Assembly: GCF_021732705.1 (NCBI RefSeq)
Contig: NZ_JAKFUM010000006.1
Coordinates: forward strand, 36,198 to 100,197
Length of the DNA: 64,000 nucleotides
Direction: 5' to 3'
From: Nevskia sp.
Lineage (GTDB): Bacteria; Pseudomonadota; Gammaproteobacteria; Nevskiales; Nevskiaceae
The notes below the pieces were generated by a model. The model was not told the DNA's origin. It saw only the letters and a program-made list of their open reading frames with translations, and did not search any database. The position numbers and the translations under genes are program-made. Shown here piece by piece: positions 1 through 10,246 of this stretch (position 1 is its first letter; every line of letters begins with the position of its first letter).

Positions 1-352
1 CCACCTGATTGAGCACGATGCCGCTGCGCAGCGCGGTATGCCGGGCGTTGTCCGGATCGACATCGAGCGCCGTCAGCGCCTGCCGGGCCAGTGCCCGGGA
101 GGTGTTGACCAGCTGGCCCCAGAGCTGGCGCGCTTCCCACCAGCGGCCGTAGGCGGCGTTGGCGCGGAAGGCAAGGAAGATCGCCAGCGCCGAGCCGAGC
201 GTGCCGATCGGCAGCGCATCGAAGGCCAGCCAGTGCCAGTCGAGGAAGACGTAGAGGCCGGCCACCGCGCAATCAAAGGCCAGCAGCAGCATCAGGCGCT
301 TGAAGGTGCGCGGCCAGAGCCGCTGCAACGGAACGCTTTCGCGAAGGATCAT
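1..352 (-). CDS. Bestrophin-family ion channel, N-terminal part (runs off the window start)
   Basis: Manual minus-strand translation from ATG at 352: MILRESVPLQRLWPRTFKRL...LAIFLAFRANAAYGRWWEARQLWGQLVNTSR. The FR-N-AY-RWWEAR-LWG signature is typical of bacterial bestrophins. Not in the ORF track because it is truncated. Confidence 0.85.
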   Translation of the reverse strand, partial: MILRESVPLQRLWPRTFKRLMLLLAFDCAVAGLYVFLDWHWLAFDALPIGTLGSALAIFLAFRANAAYGRWWEARQLWGQLVNTSRALARQALTALDVDPDNARHTALRSGIVLNQV

Positions 353-553
353 GACGACACCGGAAATCGGGGGACGTCGCCATTACAGTCAGCCGGGCGC
401 GGCCTGTCTGCTATCGAGCCGTCATCGGATGGCCGCCCGTTTCGCAGCCTTGGATTGGCCGGCGGATGGCCCGAGGCTATCTTTCGATGGGTTCAGGAAC
501 CTGCGCGGCATCCGCCGATCAGAAGAAAATTCCCAATTCGCAAAACTGCCCGC

Positions 554-1981
554 ATGGACCGTTTGAAGCTGCCGTTCGAAGTGCGCGGCAAGGTGGTGAA
601 GCTGAGCTACGGCACGACGTTGTGGATCGCCGCGGCGATGCTGGTGATCCTGTTCGTGGCCGAGTGGTACTCGCATCTCGGCGTGTCGCTGGGGCTGCTG
701 TACATCCTGCCGGTGGTGGTCGCGGCCACAGTGCTGACGCGCGGGCAGATCGTCATGGCGGCGATCGCCTGCGCCGCGCTGCGCGGCATCTACGTGACCA
801 GCGAGCGCGAAGTCGAACAGTTGCTGCGCTTCATCATGGCCACCGTCGCCTATGCCGGCTGCGGCCTGCTGGTCGCCGAGATCAGCCGCACGCGGCGGGT
901 GATCCTCGGCCACTACGCGCGGCTGCGTGCCGAACAGCAGCTGCGCCGTCGCGCCGAGCGCCAGTTGCGGCTGCTCGCCGAAAGCAGCCCGGCGGCGATC
1001 CTCACGGTGGCGGCCGATGGTCGCATCGTCGCCGCCAATCGCGCCACGCAGGACATGCTGGCGCTGGAGCCGGCGCAATCGCTGATCGGCCAGCCGGTGC
1101 GCGAATTCCTGCCGGTGCTGCACGACGCCCTGTCGGTCAGCGCAACGGTCGACGGCATGCGCACCTCGACCTCGACCTGGGGCCGGCGCGCCGATGGCAG
1201 CGGCTTCCCGGCGACGATCTGGTTCTCGGTCTACGGCAACCGCGAAGCCCGGCACCTGGCGGCGATCGTCGTCGACGTGTCCGACGAAGTCCGCGAGCGC
1301 GAGTACGCGCACTTCCAGGATCTGCACAAGTACAACCGGCTGCTGGCTGGCGCTGTGTCGCACGAGATCCGCAACCTGTGCTCGGCGGCCGGCGTGGTCA
1401 GCTCCAACCTGTCGCGCCACCCGGCGATGCAGGACGATCCCGATCTGGCCGCGCTGCGCAGTCTGGTGCAGGCGCTGCTCGAACTGGCCTCGTTCGACCT
1501 GCGCCGGCAGGCCAGCCCGTCGATCAGCCCGACCCGGCTGCAGACGCTGTGCAACGAGCTCGACGTGATCATCGCCCCCGACTGGTCGGACATCGACGGC
1601 GAGGTGCAGATCGACGTGCCGGCCAATTTCCCGCCGGTGCGCGCCGATCGCCACGCGCTGCTGCAGGTGCTGCTGAACCTGTCGCAGAACGCGCTGCGCG
1701 CCGTGGCACCGCAGCCGGTGCGGCGGCTGACGCTGAGCGCCCGGATCAGCGAAGGGCGCGCGGTGCTGCGGGTACAGGATTCCGGGCCCGGCCTTGCTCA
1801 TCCGGAGCGCCTGTTCCAACCGTTCCGGCCCGGCGCCGATGGCACCGGCCTAGGGCTGTACATCTCGCGGACCCTGATGAGCCATCAGAACGGCCAGCTG
1901 CGCCACGTGCCAGGCACCGCCGGCTGCTGTTTCGAACTGCTGCTGCCGCTCGCGCAGGCCGACGAGGCCGCGCATGACTGA
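554..1981 (+). CDS. Membrane PAS-domain sensor histidine kinase
   Basis: N-terminal TM helices, PAS-like region (ESSPAAILTVAADGRIVAANRA), H-box SHEIRN, N-box LLNLSQNAL, G1 QDSGPG, F-box LFQPF, G2 GTGLGL. Start taken at MDRLK (554). Confidence 0.88.
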   Translation: MDRLKLPFEVRGKVVKLSYGTTLWIAAAMLVILFVAEWYSHLGVSLGLLYILPVVVAATVLTRGQIVMAAIACAALRGIYVTSEREVEQLLRFIMATVAYAGCGLLVAEISRTRRVILGHYARLRAEQQLRRRAERQLRLLAESSPAAILTVAADGRIVAANRATQDMLALEPAQSLIGQPVREFLPVLHDALSVSATVDGMRTSTSTWGRRADGSGFPATIWFSVYGNREARHLAAIVVDVSDEVREREYAHFQDLHKYNRLLAGAVSHEIRNLCSAAGVVSSNLSRHPAMQDDPDLAALRSLVQALLELASFDLRRQASPSISPTRLQTLCNELDVIIAPDWSDIDGEVQIDVPANFPPVRADRHALLQVLLNLSQNALRAVAPQPVRRLTLSARISEGRAVLRVQDSGPGLAHPERLFQPFRPGADGTGLGLYISRTLMSHQNGQLRHVPGTAGCCFELLLPLAQADEAAHD

Positions 1982-2609
1982 AACACCGGCGGCGATCCGG
2001 CTGTACCTGCTCGACGATCACACGCTGTTCCGCGAAGGCCTGCTGCGCCTGCTCGCAGCCGACCCGCGCTTCGTGGTCGTCGGCCAGTCCGGGCTGCTGG
2101 AACCGGCGCTGGCCGAGCTCGAACAGTTGCGCCCGGACGTGGTGATCGTCGATTACGACCTCGGCGAGCACAGCGCGCTGGACTTCATGCGCCGGCGCCC
2201 GGCCAAGGCCGGTGCGGCGCTGCTGGTCACCGCGGGCGTGCCGGAACGCGATGCGCTGGAGCTGATCCGCCTCGGCGTCTCCGGCATCTGCCGCAAGGAA
2301 GTGTCGACCGACGAACTCAAGGCCAGCATCCACGCCGTGGCGATGGGTCAGGTGCTGATCGAGCAGCGCTACCTGCAGTCGATCGTCGCTGCGAGTGCGG
2401 GCAGCGACCGGGTCAGCTTCACCGAACGCGAACGCGCGGTGCTGCGCGGCCTGCTGCAGGGCTACTCGAACAAGCAGATCGCGCGCCAGCTCGGCAGCTC
2501 GGAAAGCGCGATCAAGGCCAGCTTCCAGCAGCTGTTCAACAAGCTCGACGTGCGCTCGCGCAGCCAGCTGGTGATGGTCGTGATCCAGCAGTACGGCGAT
2601 CTGATCTGA
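1974..2609 (+). CDS. NarL/LuxR-family response regulator
   Basis: Receiver domain (LLDDH, VIVDYDL) plus LuxR HTH (FTERERAVLRGLLQGYSNKQIA). Overlaps the kinase stop. Confidence 0.92.
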   Translation: MTETPAAIRLYLLDDHTLFREGLLRLLAADPRFVVVGQSGLLEPALAELEQLRPDVVIVDYDLGEHSALDFMRRRPAKAGAALLVTAGVPERDALELIRLGVSGICRKEVSTDELKASIHAVAMGQVLIEQRYLQSIVAASAGSDRVSFTERERAVLRGLLQGYSNKQIARQLGSSESAIKASFQQLFNKLDVRSRSQLVMVVIQQYGDLI

Positions 2610-2926
2610 GACACGTCATTACGTCTTGCACCATCGGCGACAGCGCTGCGGCCTAGCGTTGGCGATGGCGATGCTGTCTGCGGGCCGCTGACATCTGAGC
2701 AACGTGCTTGTGTGGCGTGTGGCCGCCCGGCTCGCGCGCCCGCGAACCGACCCGGTGCCGATCGACCGCGCGTGTCAGCCGAAGAACGCGGCGATTCGCG
2801 CGGCCGTCACCGGTGCGCCAGCCGATCCGCGGGCGCGGGCACGGCGAATGCGGTCCTCCAGAGCATGCAAGCCAGACGCGTCGGCATTCGCCGATGCGCG
2901 GTATCCGCCTCATCTGGAGTCAAGCC

Positions 2927-3010
2927 ATGCAGCCTTATCTTGCGATCTTCCTGATCGTTACGCCGCTCGTCCTCGCGGTCATCGACCGCATCCTGATGCC
3001 GGCGCGATGA
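2927..3010 (+). CDS. Putative 27-aa single-TM small protein (MQPYLAIFLIVTPLVLAVIDRILMPAR)
   Basis: GGAG upstream of the ATG, host-like codons, one hydrophobic helix, ATGA overlap with the next ORF. Confidence 0.5.
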   Translation: MQPYLAIFLIVTPLVLAVIDRILMPAR

Positions 3011-3312
3011 AGACCCGCCCTGTGTCCGCCGCGATCATGAAGCCGATGCGCCACGAACCCTGGCTGTCGTCCCTCGCGCTCCTCCCGGTGCTGTCGGCGC
3101 GCGCAGCCGAGCGCGAGGATGGCGCGGCGGCCGCGACCGCCGGCAACCCGCTGCTGTGGCTCGCATTGCTGACGCTCGGCGCCGGCATCCTCTTCGTGTG
3201 CCTGCAATTGCTCAAGGTGCGCAAGGCGAAGCGGGAGAACACCCACTCGGCACTGAGCCGCGGCAACCAGAAAACCGAGCCCGGTTCTACCGACTCATCC
3301 AAGCGGTATTGA
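3007..3312 (+). CDS. Hypothetical small membrane protein (signal-like segment, one TM helix, basic tail)
   Basis: ATGA-coupled to the 27-aa ORF. WLSSLALLPVLSARA, then NPLLWLALLTLGAGILFVCLQLL, then KVRKAKR. Start uncertain (3007 or 3037). Confidence 0.5.
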   Translation: MKTRPVSAAIMKPMRHEPWLSSLALLPVLSARAAEREDGAAAATAGNPLLWLALLTLGAGILFVCLQLLKVRKAKRENTHSALSRGNQKTEPGSTDSSKRY

Positions 3313-3687
3313 CCGCGCATCGGCCTGACCGGTCAAGCGTGCCGAATCCAATCCGAAGTTGCGTACAAGGCGGAACGGCGGTCGATTGGACGTCGTCCGC
3401 TCTGATCTCGGTCATGACTCGTCCAGCAGCGTGGGCGATTCTCGCCAACACTCGGGACATGACGGCGCGCTTGTGAACCGGGCACGGCCGACTGTCCCGC
3501 AGAGGTGCATCCACGCGCTCTGCCGGGCGAGGCGATAACCAGCAACAGCCGCGCCCGTCCGGCAGCGATGCACGCGATGTGCCGATCGGGCACGGCGCGA
3601 AAGCCGATCGCTTCCGCCCTTGCCCGATCGTCCGCCGCGGCATGGCGGATTGAAGCGAGAGCGGGGTCGGCACCCGCCCCGCGCTGC

Positions 3688-5346
3688 TTAGGCCGCCCCT
3701 GCTTCCGCGTACTTCACGCGCAGCACCTTCTTGTCGAGCTTGCCGACGCTGGTCTTGTCGAGTGCTTCGACAAACAGCACGCGCTCCGGCACGCCGTACT
3801 TGGAGATCACACCCTTGTCGGCGAAGGTCATCATGTAGCGCTTGATCTCGGCTTCGTCGCCGGTCGCGTCCGGCTTCAGCACGATCAATGCGACCGGGCG
3901 TTCGCCCCACTTCGGGTCCTTGATGCCGATGACGGCGACTTCGCTGACCGTCGGGTGGGCGGAGATCAGATTTTCGAGATCGAGCGACGACACCCATTCG
4001 CCGCCGGTCTTGATCACGTCCTTCACGCGGTCGGAGATCACCAGCACGCCATCGTCGCCGAAGGTGCCGATGTCGCCGGAGTGCATCCAGCCGCCTTTCC
4101 ACAGTTCTTCGGAGGCGTTGGGGTTCTTGTAGTAGCCCTGCGTGGTCCAGACCGAGCGGAACACGATTTCGCCGACGGCCTTGCCGTCGTTCGGCAGCAC
4201 GTTGACCTGATCGTCGATCGTGCGCACGTCGCACAGCAGCGCCGGCCGGCCGGTGCGCACGCGCAAGCTGGCCTGGTGGTCGCTGTCGCCGCCGAGCTGG
4301 TCGGTGGGGATGTGGTTGATGACCTGCAGCGGGCCGGTTTCGGACATGCCGTAGCCGGTGAAGACGTCGATGCCGCGATCGAGCGCGGCCTTGGCCAGGC
4401 CCTTCGGAAGCGCGGAGCCGCCGATCAGCACCTTCCAGCGCGACAGGTCGACACCCTTCGCGGCCGGGTGGCTCAGGATCATGTGCAGGATCGTCGGCAC
4501 GCAGTGCGAGTACGTGACGTTTTCCTTCGCCAGCAGCTGCAGCAGCATGTCCGGCGTGTAGCGTCCGGCGTAGACCTGCTTGATGCCGAGCAAGGTGGCG
4601 ACATACGGCATGCCCCAGGCGTGGACGTGGAACATCGGCGTGATCGCCATGTAGACGTCGTCCTGATGGATGCGGCCCTGTACGCCGGCGGTGCCGAAGG
4701 TCGAGGCCACGGCGAGCGTGTGCAGCATCATCTGGCGGTGGCTGTAGTACACGCCCTTCGGCAGACCGGTGGTGCCGGACGTGTAGAACGTCGACATCCG
4801 CGTGTTCTCGTCGAACTCCGGGAACGTGAAGTGATCGCCGGCCTGCGCCAGCAGGGATTCGTACTCGCCCACGAACGGCAGCTTCGAGGCCGGCTTCGAA
4901 CCGTCATCGGAGATCAGCACGAAGGTCTTCGCGGTTTCGAGCTTGTCATGCAGGCTTTCGAGCACCGGCACGAAATCGGTGGCGACCAGCACCATGTCGG
5001 CAGCGGCATGGTTCAGGGTGTAGAGGATCTGGTCCGGGCTCAGGCGGATGTTCACGGTCTGCATCACGCAGCCGAGCATCGGAATCGCGAAATAGAGTTC
5101 GAGATAGCGGTGGCTGTCCCACTCCATCACGGCAATGGTCTGGCCCGGCTTGGCGCCGAGCGCGGTCAATACGTTGGCCAGGCGGTTCACGCGCGCGACG
5201 AACTGCGGATAGGTGAAGCGCGCCTGATCGCGATAGACGATTTCGTGCTTCGACGCGCGGGCGATCGGGCTGGTCAGCAGGTGCTTGATCAGCAGCTGGT
5301 AGTCGTAGGCGCTGGTAGTGCGTTCGATGTTGTTGAAGCTGTTCAC
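3688..5346 (-). CDS. Fatty-acid--CoA ligase (AMP-binding family)
   Basis: YTSGTTGLPKG, GYGMSET, HSGD, DRVKDVIKTGGEW, DKTSVGKLDKK. GTG start at 5346. Confidence 0.92.
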   Translation of the reverse strand: MNSFNNIERTTSAYDYQLLIKHLLTSPIARASKHEIVYRDQARFTYPQFVARVNRLANVLTALGAKPGQTIAVMEWDSHRYLELYFAIPMLGCVMQTVNIRLSPDQILYTLNHAAADMVLVATDFVPVLESLHDKLETAKTFVLISDDGSKPASKLPFVGEYESLLAQAGDHFTFPEFDENTRMSTFYTSGTTGLPKGVYYSHRQMMLHTLAVASTFGTAGVQGRIHQDDVYMAITPMFHVHAWGMPYVATLLGIKQVYAGRYTPDMLLQLLAKENVTYSHCVPTILHMILSHPAAKGVDLSRWKVLIGGSALPKGLAKAALDRGIDVFTGYGMSETGPLQVINHIPTDQLGGDSDHQASLRVRTGRPALLCDVRTIDDQVNVLPNDGKAVGEIVFRSVWTTQGYYKNPNASEELWKGGWMHSGDIGTFGDDGVLVISDRVKDVIKTGGEWVSSLDLENLISAHPTVSEVAVIGIKDPKWGERPVALIVLKPDATGDEAEIKRYMMTFADKGVISKYGVPERVLFVEALDKTSVGKLDKKVLRVKYAEAGAA

Positions 5347-5414
5347 GGAAGTGATCTCGTCAAGGCAGTGAATGGAGTGATGACGCGCGACCGATCGCTC
5401 AGCCGGCGCGCCGC

Positions 5415-6203
5415 TCAGGGCAGTTGCTGCAGGAAAGCGTCGATCAGCGGATTGACCGCTTCGGGATGCGTCAGATTCGCGGCGTGACCGGCACCGGGAA
5501 TCACTTCGAGCCGGGCGCCGGGAATGGCATCGACCATGGCCTGCGCGCGAGCCACGCTGATCGCGACATCGTCCGCGCCGTGGATCGCCAGGGTCGGGGC
5601 GCGAATCGCGCGGACGGACTCGCTGATGTCGTCGCGCTCGCCCAGCGTGGCGAAGCACGCCGCGAGGTTGTGCGGCTGCCACGTGGCCCACTTCGCACGC
5701 CATTCGGCGGCACCATTCCAACCGTTGCCGAGGATGATCTGCTCGATGATGGTGGCGGTCTGCTCGGACAGGCCGTTCCGGCACCAGTCGTCGATCATCG
5801 CCAGGTAGCCCGGCATCTTGGTGGCGTCTTCGGGGCCGGACTGGGTGTCGATCAGCACCAGCGCGCGTACCACCTGCGGGTGACGCAGGGCCACGCGCTG
5901 GCTCAGGTAACCGCCCTGCGACATGCCGATCAGCACCGCCTGCTCGATGCCGAGATGCCGAAGCAGCGCGGCGGCATCGTCGGCGGAGTCGTAGTAGCTG
6001 AACGGGGCGATGCTGTCGCCGGCGGTCTGGCCATGGCCGCGCTCGTCCCAGGCGATGCAGCGGTAGCGGTCGCGGAATGCGGCGACCTGCGGCGCGAACA
6101 TCGCGTGGTCCATCAGCAGGCCATGCGAGAACAGCAGGGCCGGGTGGTTGCCGCCGCTGTCCTGATAGAACAGCCGCTGGCCGTTGACGTGGGCGTGGGG
6201 CAT
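5415..6203 (-). CDS. Alpha/beta-fold hydrolase
   Basis: HG oxyanion motif, nucleophile elbow GMSQGG, GADD acid, AGH catalytic His. Confidence 0.9.
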   Translation of the reverse strand: MPHAHVNGQRLFYQDSGGNHPALLFSHGLLMDHAMFAPQVAAFRDRYRCIAWDERGHGQTAGDSIAPFSYYDSADDAAALLRHLGIEQAVLIGMSQGGYLSQRVALRHPQVVRALVLIDTQSGPEDATKMPGYLAMIDDWCRNGLSEQTATIIEQIILGNGWNGAAEWRAKWATWQPHNLAACFATLGERDDISESVRAIRAPTLAIHGADDVAISVARAQAMVDAIPGARLEVIPGAGHAANLTHPEAVNPLIDAFLQQLP

Positions 6204-6317
6204 CGCGCTCCTCGAAAGTGAAGAAATAGTCGTTGTTTTCCGCAGGGCTCGCGATCTCGCCCTGTTTCCAAAACTATAACCCGCGGCGATGCGCCGGCGA
6301 CGCCGCTCCCGCAGCGA

Positions 6318-6878
6318 TCAGCCGGGCTTCAGGAACGCGAACAGCGCGCGCCGTTCGGCGAGCGTCATCGCCTTCATCTTGCGGATGTTTTCGGCCGGAA
6401 TGCCGTCCGGGTCCGGGTGCGCGTCGATGGCCGCTTCGACGCTGTCCTCACGCAGGATGTGCAGCAGTGGCACTGGCGAGCGATTGGTGAAGTTTTCGGC
6501 ATCGGTCGGCAACGTGCCGTCGAACTGGTAATCCGGATGGAAGCTCGCCACCTGGAACTCGCCGGTCCACTCGTACTGGTCGAGCAGGGCGTCGACCTGA
6601 TCGAGAAAATCGTTGTAGTCGGCGAAATCCGCCAGCATCTTCGGAATCGCGATCAGTGTGGTTTCGAGATCGCGCGCCGGGGTCTCGTTCAGCCGGGTCA
6701 GCTCCAGCTGAAGCTCGGTCAGCAGGTCGATGTCGGTCGCGGCCTCGCTGACCACGATCCGGATGCGGCCATTGCGAAACGGGTGCCCGGCGAACGGGCA
6801 CAGGTTCAGGCCGATGACGATGGTTTCGAGCCAGCCGCGTACGGCCACCTCGACCGGATGCGGCGCCGGAGCCGACAT
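6318..6878 (-). CDS. DUF1415-family protein
   Basis: VIGLNLCPFA, FQVASFHPDYQF and NFTNRSP-P-LHILRE motifs. Confidence 0.85.
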   Translation of the reverse strand: MSAPAPHPVEVAVRGWLETIVIGLNLCPFAGHPFRNGRIRIVVSEAATDIDLLTELQLELTRLNETPARDLETTLIAIPKMLADFADYNDFLDQVDALLDQYEWTGEFQVASFHPDYQFDGTLPTDAENFTNRSPVPLLHILREDSVEAAIDAHPDPDGIPAENIRKMKAMTLAERRALFAFLKPG

Positions 6879-7495
6879 CAGCGATCGTCCCGCAGCTGCT
6901 TCAACATGGTTTCGATGTCCTGCAGCACCGCCAGCGGATCATTGGCTTCGAGCAGCTTCTGCTTGCGCTCCGGCGACACCGGCAGCAGTTCGGCCAGCCG
7001 GTAGCCGACCCATGCGGCATCGTCGAGCCGGGCCGGCTTGGCGAAGTTGTCCTCGCCGATTTCCTTGATCAGGTCGGTCAGCAACTGCTGCAGCGGCTCG
7101 AAGCGTTCCGGCAGCGACATCGGGTCCGGCGGGTCGAGGTATTCGATCGTGCCGATGATCAGGCCGTCCGGCCGGGTGCGCCGTTCCAGCAGCCGGAACA
7201 CGCTTTCGCCCTGCGACTGCAGGTTGAACAAACCGGGGTTCGGCACATCCCACTCGACGATGCGCGCGGAACAGCCGATGTCCGACGGAATCGCCGGCGT
7301 GCCGGCTTCGAAGCCGGCCTTGATCAGGCAGACGCCGAACACGCTGTTGTCGCGGATGCAGGCCTTGGTCATGTCGACGTAGCGCGGCTCGAAGATCCGC
7401 AGCGCCAGCTTGCCGGCCGGATACAGCACGGTGCCGAGCGGGAAGATCGGGATCTCGATGACCGTGGGGATGCGCATCGGGTTGGGGCTCGCCAT
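6878..7495 (-). CDS. LON peptidase substrate-binding domain protein (stand-alone)
   Basis: IPIFPLGTVLYP, LRIFEPRYVDM, FGVCLI; no ATPase or protease domain. ATGA overlap with the DUF1415 gene. Confidence 0.85.
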   Translation of the reverse strand: MASPNPMRIPTVIEIPIFPLGTVLYPAGKLALRIFEPRYVDMTKACIRDNSVFGVCLIKAGFEAGTPAIPSDIGCSARIVEWDVPNPGLFNLQSQGESVFRLLERRTRPDGLIIGTIEYLDPPDPMSLPERFEPLQQLLTDLIKEIGEDNFAKPARLDDAAWVGYRLAELLPVSPERKQKLLEANDPLAVLQDIETMLKQLRDDR

Positions 7496-7509
7496 CTCGC
7501 GTGACCGCG

Positions 7510-8286
7510 TTACAGGCCGCCGCAGCCGATCAGGCCACCGTCGACGGTCAGCGTGGTGCCGGTGACATAGCTCGCGGCAGGCGACACCAGATACAGGATC
7601 GCCGGGGCGATCTCGGCCGGCTGCGCCACGCGGTTCAGCGGAATCTGCGGCAGCACCTGCTTCAGCAGCTGCTCGTTCTTGGTCAGCGCCGAGGCGAACT
7701 TGGTTTCGGTCAGGCCGGGCAGCACGGCGTTGCAGCGCACGCCCCACGGCGCGCATTCCTTGGCGAAGGCCTGCGTCAGATTGATCACGGCCGCCTTGGT
7801 GATCGAATAGATGCCCTGGAACATGCCGGGCTTCACGCCGTTGATCGACGCGATGTTGACGATGGCGCCGCCGCCGCCGCGCTTCATCAGCTTGGAGGCC
7901 AGCGCGGCGAGCTCGAAATAGCCCTTGATGTTGACCTGCATGGTCTTGTCGACCATCGACATGTCGGTATCGCTGATGTGGCCGAAGTACGGGTTGGTGG
8001 CGGCGTTGTTGACCAGGATGTCGAGCCGGCCGAACTGGCTGTCGATGTCGGCGATCAGCGCCTTCAGCGCCGCCGATTCGCCCTGATGCGCAGCGATGGC
8101 GGTGGCCTTGCCGCCGCTGGCGACGATGCTGGCGGCGACCTTGTCCAGATCTTCCTGCTTGCGGCTGGAGATCACGACATGCGCGCCCTGCTCGGCCAGC
8201 AGGCGGGCGGTGGCCTCGCCGATGCCGCGCGAGGCGCCGGTGATCAGGGCGACCTTGCCGGTCAGGTCAAAAAGTTGAGTCGCCAC
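7510..8286 (-). CDS. Short-chain dehydrogenase/reductase
   Basis: TGASRGIG, NNAA, YSITK (YxxxK). GTG start with AGGAG upstream. Confidence 0.92.
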   Translation of the reverse strand: MATQLFDLTGKVALITGASRGIGEATARLLAEQGAHVVISSRKQEDLDKVAASIVASGGKATAIAAHQGESAALKALIADIDSQFGRLDILVNNAATNPYFGHISDTDMSMVDKTMQVNIKGYFELAALASKLMKRGGGGAIVNIASINGVKPGMFQGIYSITKAAVINLTQAFAKECAPWGVRCNAVLPGLTETKFASALTKNEQLLKQVLPQIPLNRVAQPAEIAPAILYLVSPAASYVTGTTLTVDGGLIGCGGL

Positions 8287-8368
8287 GGCTGCTCCTGTTG
8301 CGTATTTTGGGTGCGGCGAGTGTAGCCGCTCGCTACCCACGATGAAGACCGGTGGAGGCCGGAACGCG

Positions 8369-10222
8369 ATGACCGAGCAGCAGTTCGAGACCCTGGTGCA
8401 ACGCCTGACCGAGCGCGCGCAGCGACAGCCGCTGCGCTATCGGCTGGAACTGCTGGGGCTGGCAGCGATCGGGTATGTCTATGTGCTGGTGCTGGTGGTC
8501 ATCGCGCTGGCGTTCAGCATCGGCATCGCCGTGATCTGCCTGCTGCAGCCGATCCTGCTGGTCAAGCTGCTGAAGGTGGTCTGGTTGCCGGTGTGGTTCG
8601 CATGGTCGGTGCTGAGCGCGCTGTGGATTCGCTTCGATCCGCCGCAGGGCCGCGAGCTGAAGCCGGCCGAAGCCCCGGAACTGTTCGCGGAAATCGCCCG
8701 GATTCGCGCCGCGATTCCCGGTCCGGCGCCGCATCACGTGCTGATCACCGAGGATTTCAATGCCGCCGTCACCGAGCATGCGCGGCTCGGGCCGCTGGGC
8801 TGGTGGCGCAACTATCTGATCCTCGGGCTGCCGATGATGTCGGCGCTGTCGCCGGATCAGTTCCGGGCGGTGCTGGCACACGAGTTCGGCCACTTCGGCG
8901 CGGGCGATTCGCGGATGACGGGCCGGATCTACCGCATGCGCATCCTGTGGGGCCGCCTGCAGGGACAGTTCGAGCAGCGCGGCGGATTCTTCTTCCGGCG
9001 ATTCTTCGCCTGGTTCGGACCGAAGTTCAATGCCTACTCGTTCGTCATGGCGCGGGCCCAGGAATACGCCGCCGATGCCGCCAGCGCGCGGCTGGTCGGC
9101 GCACGGCCGGCGGCCGAAGCGCTGATGCTGGCGCGACTCGGCAGCGCCTATCAGCAGCAGCAGGTCTGGCAGCCGCTGTGGAAGCGGGTGCGCGACGAGG
9201 CGCAGCCCAGCGTGCTGCCGAATGCGCAACTGCTGCAGGCGCCGCCGCGCTACACGGAGTGGGGCGAGGCCGGCAGCCAGCTCGATCGTGCGCTGAAGGT
9301 CCGTACCGCATGGTCCGACACCCATCCGGCGCTGGTCGACCGGCTGGCCGCGATCGGGCAGGCCCCGGTACTGCCGACGGAGTCCGGACCGTCCGCCGCA
9401 ACCGTGTTTCTCGGCGCCAGCGCCGAGCGTATCGCCCGCGAGTTCGACGAGCGCTGGAAGGCCGATATCGCCGAGCCGTGGCGCGATCTGCACCAGCGCC
9501 GCCAGCAGGAGCAGCAGGAACTGGCCGATCTCGATCGCGCCGCAGCGGAGCAGCCGCTGGAATGCGAGGCGAGCTACCGGCGCGCGTCGCTGACCGAACT
9601 GCTGCATGACGATCCGGCCGATGCGCTGCCGCAGGTGCAGCAGCATCTCGAGCGCTTCCCCGACGATGCCGGGGCGATGTTCATGCTCGGCCGCCGCCTG
9701 CTCGCGCGCGACGACGATGCCGGCCTCGACTGGCTCACACGGGCGATGCAGGCCGATGCCGAGGCGATCAAGCCCGGTGCCGAACTGGCCTGGGACTACC
9801 TGATGAAGCACGGACGCGAGGCTGAAACCGAGCCGTTCGTGCAGGCCTGGCGCGAACGCGAGGCGCTGGAGCAGCAGGCGATGGCCGAACGCGCGCAGTT
9901 CGTCGCCACCGACGACTATCTGGGCCATGCGCTGGACGAGGCAGCACTCGACACGCTGCGCACGGCGAGTCGCCGCCTGCGCTGGCTCGGCACGGTCTGG
10001 CTGGTGCGCAAGAAAGTGACGGTGTTCCCGGATCGGCCGGCCTGGCTGCTGCTGGCGAAGCCGAACTGGCTCTCGCTCATCCGTCAGGCCACGGCGCTGG
10101 CAGAACTGCGGTCGACGCTCGCGCTGGACCCGTCGATCACCGTGGCCGTCTACAGCAGCGATCTGAAAGCGCTGTTCAAGAAGGTCCGGAAGGTCGACGG
10201 CAGCCTGGTCTACCGAGCCTGA
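8369..10222 (+). CDS. M48-family (HtpX-like) membrane zinc metalloprotease with a long helical/TPR-like C-terminus
   Basis: Two N-terminal TM helices, FNAA, HEFGH (HExxH), QEYAAD, DTHP. Confidence 0.85.
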   Translation: MTEQQFETLVQRLTERAQRQPLRYRLELLGLAAIGYVYVLVLVVIALAFSIGIAVICLLQPILLVKLLKVVWLPVWFAWSVLSALWIRFDPPQGRELKPAEAPELFAEIARIRAAIPGPAPHHVLITEDFNAAVTEHARLGPLGWWRNYLILGLPMMSALSPDQFRAVLAHEFGHFGAGDSRMTGRIYRMRILWGRLQGQFEQRGGFFFRRFFAWFGPKFNAYSFVMARAQEYAADAASARLVGARPAAEALMLARLGSAYQQQQVWQPLWKRVRDEAQPSVLPNAQLLQAPPRYTEWGEAGSQLDRALKVRTAWSDTHPALVDRLAAIGQAPVLPTESGPSAATVFLGASAERIAREFDERWKADIAEPWRDLHQRRQQEQQELADLDRAAAEQPLECEASYRRASLTELLHDDPADALPQVQQHLERFPDDAGAMFMLGRRLLARDDDAGLDWLTRAMQADAEAIKPGAELAWDYLMKHGREAETEPFVQAWREREALEQQAMAERAQFVATDDYLGHALDEAALDTLRTASRRLRWLGTVWLVRKKVTVFPDRPAWLLLAKPNWLSLIRQATALAELRSTLALDPSITVAVYSSDLKALFKKVRKVDGSLVYRA

Positions 10223-10246
10223 ACGGCACGGACCCGGCCGCGGCCG

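Noticed and set aside
3313-3687. 375-bp gap with a GATCGGGCA...TGCCCGATC stem and an inner GAAA loop (possible ncRNA)
   Set aside because: No recognizable riboswitch or sRNA core and no U-tract; stems like this arise easily at this GC content.
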